Assembly: GCA_020627535.1 (NCBI GenBank)
Contig: JAHDGU010000001.1
Span: 164,670 to 228,669, forward strand
Length of the DNA stretch: 64,000 nucleotides
Source of the DNA: Saprospiraceae bacterium
GTDB taxonomy: Bacteria; Bacteroidota; Bacteroidia; Chitinophagales; Saprospiraceae
Direction: 5' to 3'
Shown here in pieces: positions 16,197-24,693 of this stretch. The number at the start of each line of letters is the position of its first letter. The first letter of the stretch is position 1. The translations under genes were made by a program, and so were the position numbers. The notes beneath the pieces were generated by a model. That model did no database searches and was not told the origin of the DNA. It saw only the letters and a list, made by a program, of their open reading frames with translations.

Positions 16197-18485
16197 ATGA
16201 TGTATTCTAGATTCAATCTCATTCTTGCCTTATCACTCTTGACCATTGGCCTTTCTGCACAGGCTATCGACGACGCTGAGATCCGTGGTGACGGTATCGT
16301 CGTGCCTGCTGTGGATCGGCTGGCGGTCGTTGCCCCATCCACTGGTCAGCTCGTCTTCGATGTCAATACGCTCAGCTACTGGATGCACGATGGTAATGTG
16401 TGGCGGGCTGTAGGAGACAATATTGTCGGTAACATGATTCAAGACGCGGATGGAAGCACCAGTGTGCAGACAGAACCTGGCGGACTAGAGCAAGTCCTGA
16501 TCGAGGTCGATGGTCGAGATCGGTGGAGGTTTTTGGGACATGCGCTAGAGCCTCTCATTCCCAGTAGTTCCATATTCATGGGACAGTCAGCAGGTGCCGC
16601 TAGTTCTGATACAGCTTACAACAATGTCGGCATCGGAAATTTCTCGCTGATCTCGGTCAGCTCAGGAAGATGGAATGTAGGCATCGGCCATAATGCCCTG
16701 AGCGACAATACATCAGGAGAAAAAAATGTTGCCATCGGTTCTTCCGCAATGCTTGGCAACAAGGCGAGCTCCGACAATGTCGCCATAGGTAATAGTGCAT
16801 TACTCTCGGTCGACTCCTCACAGTTCAATGTCGCTATCGGCTCTTATGGACTCCATAGCCTAGACAAAGGTCTTCGCAATGTAGCCATCGGAACCTCTAG
16901 CCTCTATGAATCCGAGACAGGAAAGCTCAACACCTCCATCGGCTATGCTGCAGGACACAATACCCTCGGAGATGGCAATGTATTTCTCGGCCACGAGGCT
17001 GGTTTCAATGAACTAGGAAGTAACAAACTCTACATCGCCAACTCCAATGCCGATAGCGCCGATGCGCTGATCTACGGTGACTTTTCCAGTTCTGAACTCT
17101 ACATCAATGGAGATCTGCAGTCTGATCAGTTCACCACAGATCAGATCACGACCACTACCATAGACGTCGACGACAAACTCACCGTCAAGAGCGACTCTCG
17201 CCTGTTTGGTCATCTCTTTCTACACGCCCTCCAGGGCCTAGGGCAAAGTGGCACAGCCTATATCCAAGCCAGAGATCACACTGCTGCTACGAGTGTTGGT
17301 CTACAGTTTCGCGTGACGGACAATGGTGTGGTTGATGACGCCCTCGCGATCAATAAAGATGGTCAAGTCCTGTTTCAGAACAAGGAGATCTACTTCGGTA
17401 CGAGTCTCTTGATTCACACCACAGGTAGCAACAACTTCTTTGCAGGATTTGCTGCTGCCCCTTCAGCCTCGGGTTCCTCCAATACAGCGGTCGGTTCGCA
17501 AGCAGCTCAGAGCCTTTCTACGGGCTCTCAGAATTCAGCAATCGGCCGGCTTGCAGGTCAGGACCTCTCCAGCGGATTTGGAAATACACTATTGGGTTTT
17601 TCTGCGGGTAAAGACTTGACGACCACGACTGGCAACACCATGATCGGTAACAATGCAGGTGCTTCGATCAATAACGGGGGCTCCAATACCATCATCGGTA
17701 GCCAAGCAGGATGGAACACCAGCTTTTCGTCAAGCAACACCTTCATAGGATTTGATGCGGGCAGGTACACCGCTGGAAGCAAAAACACATTCCTTGGGAC
17801 CAATGCTGGTGAGACCACTTCTGGTGGTCCCAGCTACGATAATAGCATAGCTATCGGATACAGTGCTGTGGCCAATTGCCATAACTGTGCAGTGATCGGC
17901 AATGATGGATCAGAGGATGTTAATCTCGGTATCGGTATCTCGGCTCCTCAGTCCGTCATCCATGTCAAGCAGCGCAACTCAGGCACAGATCGCGGTATCC
18001 GTATAGAAGACACCGATGGGACATACTGGAATACCTACATCGACGCATCTAATGATTACAACTTCGCTCACGACGGCACACTTCGTGCTTACATACAGGA
18101 TGGTGCTGGTGCCTTTGTCATCACTTCTGATCGCAGCGTCAAGACAGCCATCAGCTCTGTCGGAGACGTATTGCCACGGGTGATGGGGCTTTCGCCCAAA
18201 TGGTACAGATACAACAACATGTCACCCGATCAACCCAAGGTCATGGGCTTCATCGCACAAGAAGTGGAGGAGCAGTTTCCTGGCATCGTACGCCAAAAAG
18301 GAAAGCTCAAGACCCTCGCATACGATGACTTTGCCATCATCAGCATCAAAGCCATCCAAGAACTCAATGACAAGGTCAACGAAAAGGATTCAAGGATCAC
18401 AGAACTAGAAGAGCAAAATGAGGAATTGGCCAAGCGACTAGAGAGATTGGAAGCGTTGGTACTCAGTGATCCATTGACTGACTAA
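16197..18485 (+). CDS. Secreted tail-fiber-like protein: YadA/Hep_Hag-like NxAIG repeat region plus a C-terminal peptidase S74 intramolecular-chaperone auto-processing domain
   Basis: The Sec signal peptide is MMYSRFNLILALSLLTIGLSAQA. There are more than 20 repeats of N(V/T)AIG..AL. The C-terminal SDRSVKTAISSVGDVLPRVMGLSPKWYRY...VMGFIAQEVEEQFPGIV...LAYDDFAIISIKAIQELNDKV...ELEEQN matches the endosialidase / tail-spike CIMCD pattern, including the Ser-x4-Lys dyad. Confidence 0.7.
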   Translation: MMYSRFNLILALSLLTIGLSAQAIDDAEIRGDGIVVPAVDRLAVVAPSTGQLVFDVNTLSYWMHDGNVWRAVGDNIVGNMIQDADGSTSVQTEPGGLEQVLIEVDGRDRWRFLGHALEPLIPSSSIFMGQSAGAASSDTAYNNVGIGNFSLISVSSGRWNVGIGHNALSDNTSGEKNVAIGSSAMLGNKASSDNVAIGNSALLSVDSSQFNVAIGSYGLHSLDKGLRNVAIGTSSLYESETGKLNTSIGYAAGHNTLGDGNVFLGHEAGFNELGSNKLYIANSNADSADALIYGDFSSSELYINGDLQSDQFTTDQITTTTIDVDDKLTVKSDSRLFGHLFLHALQGLGQSGTAYIQARDHTAATSVGLQFRVTDNGVVDDALAINKDGQVLFQNKEIYFGTSLLIHTTGSNNFFAGFAAAPSASGSSNTAVGSQAAQSLSTGSQNSAIGRLAGQDLSSGFGNTLLGFSAGKDLTTTTGNTMIGNNAGASINNGGSNTIIGSQAGWNTSFSSSNTFIGFDAGRYTAGSKNTFLGTNAGETTSGGPSYDNSIAIGYSAVANCHNCAVIGNDGSEDVNLGIGISAPQSVIHVKQRNSGTDRGIRIEDTDGTYWNTYIDASNDYNFAHDGTLRAYIQDGAGAFVITSDRSVKTAISSVGDVLPRVMGLSPKWYRYNNMSPDQPKVMGFIAQEVEEQFPGIVRQKGKLKTLAYDDFAIISIKAIQELNDKVNEKDSRITELEEQNEELAKRLERLEALVLSDPLTD

Positions 18486-18676
18486 GTGATACTTCTCGCG
18501 CGCGTTCCTTTTTTCTTGCTGTGCCTGTCTACCTCTGGCAGGCGCGTCCCCGCGCCAGCCACTGCGAGGCAAGTCCCTCATGTCAAGAGGGATTTAGGGA
18601 GTTCTCACTACACAGTTTTCAGCCAGCAAGGAACCCACCCAAACGCCCTCAAGAAAAAGGGCTTACACCAATTTTT

Positions 18677-18767
18677 CTATCAACGCCCAACTCCCAATCA
18701 GTCCTGAATTCACGGTCCACGGTTCTCGGTCCACGGCTCACGTCCTCGCTCTCCAGTCCACAGTCTT
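18677..18767 (+). repeat. Heptanucleotide-periodic repeat element: CTATCAA, CGCCCAA, CTCCCAA, TCAGTCC, ..., ACGGTCC, ACGGTTC, TCGGTCC, ACGGCTC ...
   Basis: Thirteen consecutive heptads in the same orientation as the 16061 copy. The two copies flank the tail-fiber-like gene. Confidence 0.75.
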
Positions 18768-18804
18768 GATAGCTATCGGGAACGATTTACGACCGTCAGC
18801 CATG

Positions 18805-21800
18805 TCATTCATCCAAAGGCATTACTAGTCTTATACGATAACCATCTTCTCGGTCAATCTTCAGAGTGCCTCGGATCTGCTCAGCGCGCAAGCGCATATT
18901 GCTGATGCCGAGACCATCTGTGCTGAGAAGTTCGTGCTTGGAGCCATTGTCATGGACAGTATAGGATAGTCGAGGGCCTTCTGCTACTAGACGGATGGCT
19001 ACTGCATTTCCGTCTGAGTGCTTCTGGATGTTGGTGATGGCTTCTTTGTGGATGAGATAGAGCTGCTGCCGCAGGGTGGGGCTCATGCTTTTTGAGCTAT
19101 CGATACCTGTGACCTGAAAGTCTACGGCCCAGCGCTGTTCTGGCAGTCGCTTTTGGGCGAAAGCTCGCATCCGATCGATGAGATTCTCGTACTTGTCTTT
19201 GCGAGAATCTATGAGCCAAACGGTATCGCGCATCCTCTCCATCGCATCACGACTCATCTCATTCATCTCGGCGAGTGATTCCTTGTCTTCTTCTTTGGCC
19301 GTCATGCTCATGATCTCGGACTGCATGGCCAGACCTGATAAGATGCTACCTACATCATCATGCAGATCACTGCTGACTTTGACGCGCCACTGATTGAGCG
19401 CTTTTTCCTTATTCACTTTTGCGCGAAAGCGCGCATAAAATACACCAAATACGATCCCACAAGCAAGTAGCAAGCCCAGCGCCTGTACCCAGCGACGATG
19501 ATACCAGACTGCAGGTCGATAAAAATCAATATGATGCTCAGCGTACTGCTCACCCTGTGGATCTGCACTGGCTCTGAGATGCACAGTGAATGCCCCTGTA
19601 GGTAGTGAGATCAATTCCAGCTCCGATCTCGTATCGTATCGACTCCAGCTGCCTTCTTCGCCATTGAGACTGTAAGCGTACCAGCGATCGTCAGTGATGC
19701 TGGGAGAGCTGTACCTCATGGTCAAGAGTTCGTCAGATGGGAGTAGTTTGATGGGCTCAGTCCGAGACATGAGATCCGAAAATACACTGCGGTACTCATC
19801 GAACTTACTGTTGTAGATACTCACATTGTGCACAAATAGATCGGATATACTTTCCTTCGGCGAGGCAAAAGGCAATATATCTGGATTGATGCGGAAGAGC
19901 CCCTCTACGCTCCCAAGATACGTATGTCCATCGCTTGCGCTAAAATGTGCATTGCGATTATATTCTACTTGACTGAGAGGATGACCATCGGGAAGTCGCT
20001 CGATGAGACCAGTGTCCATGCGATAGATCAATAGTCCTTGCCCCGTACCAAGTAGCAGCCTAGAGTCTGCCAAAGGATGGATGAAATAAATGGCGTCGTG
20101 TACATCTTCACCGTCCTGCTTACGGGCAAATCCCGGCAGGAGCTCACCTTGATTTTCTCCTTCTCGGATGACAGCTAGGCCAAAGTGTGTACCGTAATAC
20201 AGATCACCTTTAGCTTGATGCAGGGAGGTGACAATCGTATTTTTTCTGGTCAGCCCTAAGTCCTCTCTGATCATTTGCTTGGTCATATGTCCACGACGAT
20301 CTAGCCAGTGGATCCCTCGCAGGTCTGTAGCTAGTATGAAGGCGCTCTCGCTTTGATCCTGATTGCGAATGAGTGCATTCCCTATGATCGGTTTGTCAAA
20401 GAGGGCTTCTTGGATAATGGTATCCCTCATACTCTCGAGCTGTGTCTTGAATATCCTGGCATTGCGATCATAGGTCCAGAGAGTGTCCTTTTCGTGGAGA
20501 TGAAGGCTCATAGACTTCTTGAGAGACCCAGGGAGGCGACTCAGCTGGAGGTCGCTGAGTCGATACCTGTAGTTGTCCCAGATGAGATGTGTCGCAGAAG
20601 TCGACAGGCTAAAGGCTTCATTGTAGGTGTTCTGAGGATTCAGACGCAGTGACCTAAAGCTCTCTGTGCCAGCTTCGCATACGCTGACATCGGTATAGTA
20701 GCTCACATATACATTTCCCTCGGAGTCCTCACATATCTGTCGCACGCTCGGATATGGCTCTGTCTGCGATACTGGAACTCGCCAGTCATCTAGAGAAGCT
20801 GCCACTGGCTCTGCCAGATATAAGGTACTATTGAAGACTAGAATGTAGGAATCAGCACCATAGCTGATGACCTGCTGCAAGGTCTCATTCCTTTTTTTGA
20901 GATCAAAGCGATCATTGAGTTCCGCGAGCTCAGATGTATAGTCCTCTGTGGTTTTTGTAGTGCTATTGTACAGCCAGACGCGCTGTTTGAAGTCACTGAG
21001 CCAGACCTCTTGTGGAAAAGTGAATGTGTTGTAGCTGCTTCCTTCAAATTCAGCGTTTTTGATCTCGATAGGTTTGACGATTTGGCGGATCGGATCTACA
21101 CTGAGGCTCTTTTCTTCGCTCGCGCGCATGATGTGCAAGCCGGGTTGATTGGTCAATTCAAAGCTGCCATAAGCTGGCAACGTCATCAGCTCGTTGCCCA
21201 TGCGATCTAGAGCGATCAAGGAGAGATCCTTGAAGATCCAAATAGTGTCCTGGAGGACTCTCGGTGGAGAGGAACTTCCAACTGGTAACTTCGTCTTGAA
21301 GAGTAGCGAGGTATCCTCAGTCATCTCATATACATGGCCAAGGTCGGACTTCCTATGACGGGCAATGAAATAGGATTTTCTTGTGGCAATATCCTGGCAC
21401 AAATAAAGCAGAGCGAATTTGTCCTCCAATCTTATTTCCTTCATCACCTGCCGTCGATCTGTGTCCCAAAGACAGAGCTTGTAGTGGAAGTTGATGTTGT
21501 CAAAGAAGATCAGCCATATCCTTGAGCTATCAAGGCCTGCCATCGACAAGAATCCATAGCCGTCTTGATTGATTTGCAAGGTGTCGCCTGCTGCCGTGAA
21601 GTTGTATCTCGTCGCTCGCTGACCGTCAAAGCAGATAAGATTTTCTTGTGCAGCATACCACAGGAAACCATGACGGTCCCAGTGTGGAGGATTGGACGAG
21701 ACGATCCAGAGACCTTCATCCTCAGGACTACTGAGTAGGCTGATATTATAACTGAGCTCTTCATCATTCTGCGCGTGTGCAATCTCTGGGATCAGAGACA

Positions 21801-21876
21801 AGACAAGTAGGATCAAGATGTAAGGACTGAGTCTCATGCTGTAAGAAGCGGTGTGAAGATATAGTGCAGTTCCCAA
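18805..21876 (-). CDS. Sensor histidine kinase with large periplasmic beta-propeller / Y_Y_Y-type sensor domain (HisKA_3 plus HATPase_c)
   Basis: A signal peptide is followed by about 750 aa of propeller-like repeats, a transmembrane segment (VQALGLLLACGIVFGVFYA), an H-box (LHDDVGSILSGLAMQSE) and an ATPase domain. The C-terminus is paralogous to the kinase at 4422..6755. Confidence 0.8.
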   Translation of the reverse strand: MGTALYLHTASYSMRLSPYILILLVLSLIPEIAHAQNDEELSYNISLLSSPEDEGLWIVSSNPPHWDRHGFLWYAAQENLICFDGQRATRYNFTAAGDTLQINQDGYGFLSMAGLDSSRIWLIFFDNINFHYKLCLWDTDRRQVMKEIRLEDKFALLYLCQDIATRKSYFIARHRKSDLGHVYEMTEDTSLLFKTKLPVGSSSPPRVLQDTIWIFKDLSLIALDRMGNELMTLPAYGSFELTNQPGLHIMRASEEKSLSVDPIRQIVKPIEIKNAEFEGSSYNTFTFPQEVWLSDFKQRVWLYNSTTKTTEDYTSELAELNDRFDLKKRNETLQQVISYGADSYILVFNSTLYLAEPVAASLDDWRVPVSQTEPYPSVRQICEDSEGNVYVSYYTDVSVCEAGTESFRSLRLNPQNTYNEAFSLSTSATHLIWDNYRYRLSDLQLSRLPGSLKKSMSLHLHEKDTLWTYDRNARIFKTQLESMRDTIIQEALFDKPIIGNALIRNQDQSESAFILATDLRGIHWLDRRGHMTKQMIREDLGLTRKNTIVTSLHQAKGDLYYGTHFGLAVIREGENQGELLPGFARKQDGEDVHDAIYFIHPLADSRLLLGTGQGLLIYRMDTGLIERLPDGHPLSQVEYNRNAHFSASDGHTYLGSVEGLFRINPDILPFASPKESISDLFVHNVSIYNSKFDEYRSVFSDLMSRTEPIKLLPSDELLTMRYSSPSITDDRWYAYSLNGEEGSWSRYDTRSELELISLPTGAFTVHLRASADPQGEQYAEHHIDFYRPAVWYHRRWVQALGLLLACGIVFGVFYARFRAKVNKEKALNQWRVKVSSDLHDDVGSILSGLAMQSEIMSMTAKEEDKESLAEMNEMSRDAMERMRDTVWLIDSRKDKYENLIDRMRAFAQKRLPEQRWAVDFQVTGIDSSKSMSPTLRQQLYLIHKEAITNIQKHSDGNAVAIRLVAEGPRLSYTVHDNGSKHELLSTDGLGISNMRLRAEQIRGTLKIDREDGYRIRLVMPLDE

Positions 21877-21940
21877 TCACCCCATCTCGGTATGGTGTCC
21901 GCGCTAGAGAAGCTCTACATTTGAAACTGAATATCTCCAG

Positions 21941-22570
21941 ATGAAGCTACACATCATAGAAGACAATCTCAAGATCAGAGCTCACCTCGAGACCTTTCTT
22001 GGCCATCAAGAGGATATCGCCTGTGTGCAAAGCCACACAAGTGTAGAGTTTTTCTTGAGTGCTGTGGATTCTGGTCAAGCCAAGCCAGATGTGATTCTAT
22101 TGGATATCGGGCTTCCTGGGATGTCTGGTGTAGAAGGTATCCCGGAGATCACTCAGCGACTTCCCGAGACAGATATCATCATGCTCACCACCTATGAGGA
22201 GGAAGAAGTCATACTCAATGCGCTCTGTGCCGGTGCTCATGCCTATCTCAGCAAGAAGAGTAGTCTGCAAGAGATCCATACTGCGATCAAGGTGGTACGG
22301 GCTGGAGGAAGCTATATGTCGCCCAATATTGCTCGCCAGATCGTGAGACATTTTGGCGGAAGCCGTACACCTAAAAAAGCCGAAATCCTCACCGAACGCC
22401 AGCTCAAAGTCCTCAAACTACTTGTGGATGGATTGACCTACGGAGCGATTGCCAAAGAGCTTTTTATTTCTGCAGAGACGGTCAAGACGCATGTCAAGAA
22501 CATCTACAAGAGTCTCCACGTGAGCAACAAGGCCGAAGCCATCCAGAAGTATATGCGAGGAGAGATCTAG
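21941..22570 (+). CDS. NarL/FixJ-family response regulator (REC plus LuxR HTH), paralogous to the regulator at 3784..4425
   Basis: The receiver motif LLDIGLPGMSG...IIMLTTYEE and the HTH TERQLKVLKLLVDGLTYGAIAKELFISAETVKTHVKNIYKSL are present. It is divergent from the kinase at 18805..21876. Confidence 0.9.
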   Translation: MKLHIIEDNLKIRAHLETFLGHQEDIACVQSHTSVEFFLSAVDSGQAKPDVILLDIGLPGMSGVEGIPEITQRLPETDIIMLTTYEEEEVILNALCAGAHAYLSKKSSLQEIHTAIKVVRAGGSYMSPNIARQIVRHFGGSRTPKKAEILTERQLKVLKLLVDGLTYGAIAKELFISAETVKTHVKNIYKSLHVSNKAEAIQKYMRGEI

Positions 22571-23346
22571 AGGTAAATCGTACCCTCTAGATACTTCTGA
22601 CATCGTCCACTGATCAAGACACGATCTCCGAGGAACGTGCTTGTGAATTCCGCGCCTCTCGTAGAGAGCTGTCTGGAACTGAGTCGATCCTTGCCCAGTC
22701 GATCACTCCAATAAGGCACCAATGGTGTCTGCGCGGATCCAGTTGCTGGGTCCTCATCGATACCAGCCTGCGGGAAGAATCCACGATAGACAAAGTCGCT
22801 CTCCCTACCAGGCGCAGTGGCCAAAAATCCACGTCCATCCGCAGAGCGAAGTGCTGAGAAATCGGGAGACAGATCGGCTACAGTCTCTTCTGTCTCATAG
22901 ATGAGCAAATAGTCATCTCTGCCCGTCCATATCTCGATTGGCGGAGTGCCAAGTGCCTCGATGAAGTGCTCATCAAGTGATGATCTAGATGGCGGATCAG
23001 CCGGAAAATTTAGCTGAATATCGTCACTCTTGATGTCCACACTGAGCTTACCACTCAAGCTGTCCATCTCTATGTGTCGCTCGCCAGTCTTCTCTTGGAT
23101 CATATAGGCACTCGCTAGGGTAGCGTGGCCACAAAGCCTTACCTCCACCGCAGGTGTAAACCATCTGATGTGCCAGTGATCTTCTTTGCGTACCAAGTAG
23201 GCGGTCTCAGATAGATTGTGCTGCTCTGCAATCTGCTGTAGTCGTTGATCGTCTAGCCAGCTCTCTAGTAAGATGACGGCAGCCGGATTACCACTGAATG
23301 CATGATCAGTGACGAAGGCATTGACGATGTCAACATGTAGCATCAT
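22567..23346 (-). CDS. PhzF-family phenazine-biosynthesis-like isomerase
   Basis: The N-terminal motif VDAFTDHAFSGNPAAVILL and the LCGHATLA motif are both present. Confidence 0.8.
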   Translation of the reverse strand: MMLHVDIVNAFVTDHAFSGNPAAVILLESWLDDQRLQQIAEQHNLSETAYLVRKEDHWHIRWFTPAVEVRLCGHATLASAYMIQEKTGERHIEMDSLSGKLSVDIKSDDIQLNFPADPPSRSSLDEHFIEALGTPPIEIWTGRDDYLLIYETEETVADLSPDFSALRSADGRGFLATAPGRESDFVYRGFFPQAGIDEDPATGSAQTPLVPYWSDRLGKDRLSSRQLSTRGAEFTSTFLGDRVLISGRCQKYLEGTIYL

Positions 23347-24644
23347 TAGTCTTTGATGACCAAGAGATACTTATTTTTCTTGCCATTTTCTATCATGATA
23401 TACTTGTTGTGTATCAGATCAGTGGACTCGATCAGGCGATCCGGATCTAGCGTCTTGACCTTGTTGATAGAGATGGCATTGCCCTTGAGAGCACGCCGAG
23501 CCTCGCTACCGCTACTGGTGATATCCGTGGCTTCCGCCAAAATGTCTACGATGTTTTTTCCGATCATCTGATCTGATGACATCTCGTAGTGTTGGATCTC
23601 GAGCTTGATGATTTTGAATGAGTCTACACTCAATTCTCTGAGTTGCTCTTCGCTGCTTTTTCTACTAAACAATAGAGACGTCGCATCCATGGCCGATTTT
23701 GTCTCATCAGCGCTATGTACCTGAGTAGTGATCTCCTCGGCAAATTGCTTCTTGATTCCAGCAGGATCATTCTCTAGCTCAGCGATCATCTCCTCCATCT
23801 CAGATCTGCTTCGATCGGAGAAGTATTTGATAAATTTTGGGATGTCCGCATCCGCTGCGTTGATCCAGTATTGGTAAAACTTGTACGGACTTGTCAAGCT
23901 TGGATCAAGCCAGATATTTCCTTCTGTAGATTTGCCAAATTTGCTACCATCTGCCTTGGTCAGCAATGGGGTAGTCACAGCGTAGGCCTTGCCTTCATTC
24001 ATCTTTCGCACGAGCTCGGTACCACTCGTGATATTGCCCCACTGATCCGATCCACCCATTTGGAAGCAGCAGTCATATCCTTTGTGAAGACAGACGTAGT
24101 CATAGGCCTGTAACAGCTGGTAGGAGAATTCTGTGTAGGATATTCCGGTCTCGAGACGAGTCTTCACCGAGTCCTTGGCCATCATGTAGTTGACCGTGAT
24201 ATTCTTGCCTACGTCGCGGAGAAATTCCAGCGCACCAAGGCCTTTGTAGAAGTCATAGTTGTTGATCAGCAACGCTGCATTCTTACCGCTATCAAAGTTG
24301 AGATACTTGGATGCTTGTGCTGCTTGATGCTTGAGATTGTGGTCTAGATCCTCATAACTCAATAGAGATCTTTCTTTGTCTTTGCCACTAGGATCTCCGA
24401 TGCGACCGGTGGCTCCACCCATCAGCACGATCGGTCGATGTCCATGCTGCTGAAAGAGCTTTAGGATCCTGAGCTGCACATAGTTACCTATGGTCAAAGA
24501 AGGCGCTGTAGGATCGAAACCTATGTAACCCGTCTGCATCCCTGATGCCAACTTCTCCTCCGCTCCAGGAGACTTGTCGAAGAGCATTCCTCTCCACTCT
24601 AGTTCTTCTATAAACCCCATGTGATTGACTGCGCTTTCGCGCAA
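23346..24644 (-). CDS. tyrS: Tyrosine--tRNA ligase
   Basis: The class I HIGH-region variant (TIGNYVQL), the KMSKS-type KFGKS motif and a C-terminal S4 domain are all present. Confidence 0.95.
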   Translation of the reverse strand: MRESAVNHMGFIEELEWRGMLFDKSPGAEEKLASGMQTGYIGFDPTAPSLTIGNYVQLRILKLFQQHGHRPIVLMGGATGRIGDPSGKDKERSLLSYEDLDHNLKHQAAQASKYLNFDSGKNAALLINNYDFYKGLGALEFLRDVGKNITVNYMMAKDSVKTRLETGISYTEFSYQLLQAYDYVCLHKGYDCCFQMGGSDQWGNITSGTELVRKMNEGKAYAVTTPLLTKADGSKFGKSTEGNIWLDPSLTSPYKFYQYWINAADADIPKFIKYFSDRSRSEMEEMIAELENDPAGIKKQFAEEITTQVHSADETKSAMDATSLLFSRKSSEEQLRELSVDSFKIIKLEIQHYEMSSDQMIGKNIVDILAEATDITSSGSEARRALKGNAISINKVKTLDPDRLIESTDLIHNKYIMIENGKKNKYLLVIKD

Positions 24645-24693
24645 AAGTAGAGCTTCTTCTAGATCAGATCGAGAATTGGGGTGCTCAAGTGAT

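Noticed and set aside
16197-18485. Prophage, inferred from the tail-fiber / S74 domain
   Set aside because: No capsid, terminase, integrase or other phage genes are nearby. The protein has a Sec signal peptide, and its neighbours are msrB and a sensor kinase.
12203-18767. Heptad repeat arrays as a CRISPR array
   Set aside because: The units are 7 bp and contiguous with no spacers, there are no cas genes, and copies are scattered at four loci.
18486-18769. Two listed ORFs (73 and 82 aa) in the intergenic region after the tail-fiber-like gene
   Set aside because: They overlap the heptad-periodic repeat element and are proline and serine-rich low-complexity translations of it. They are most likely non-coding.
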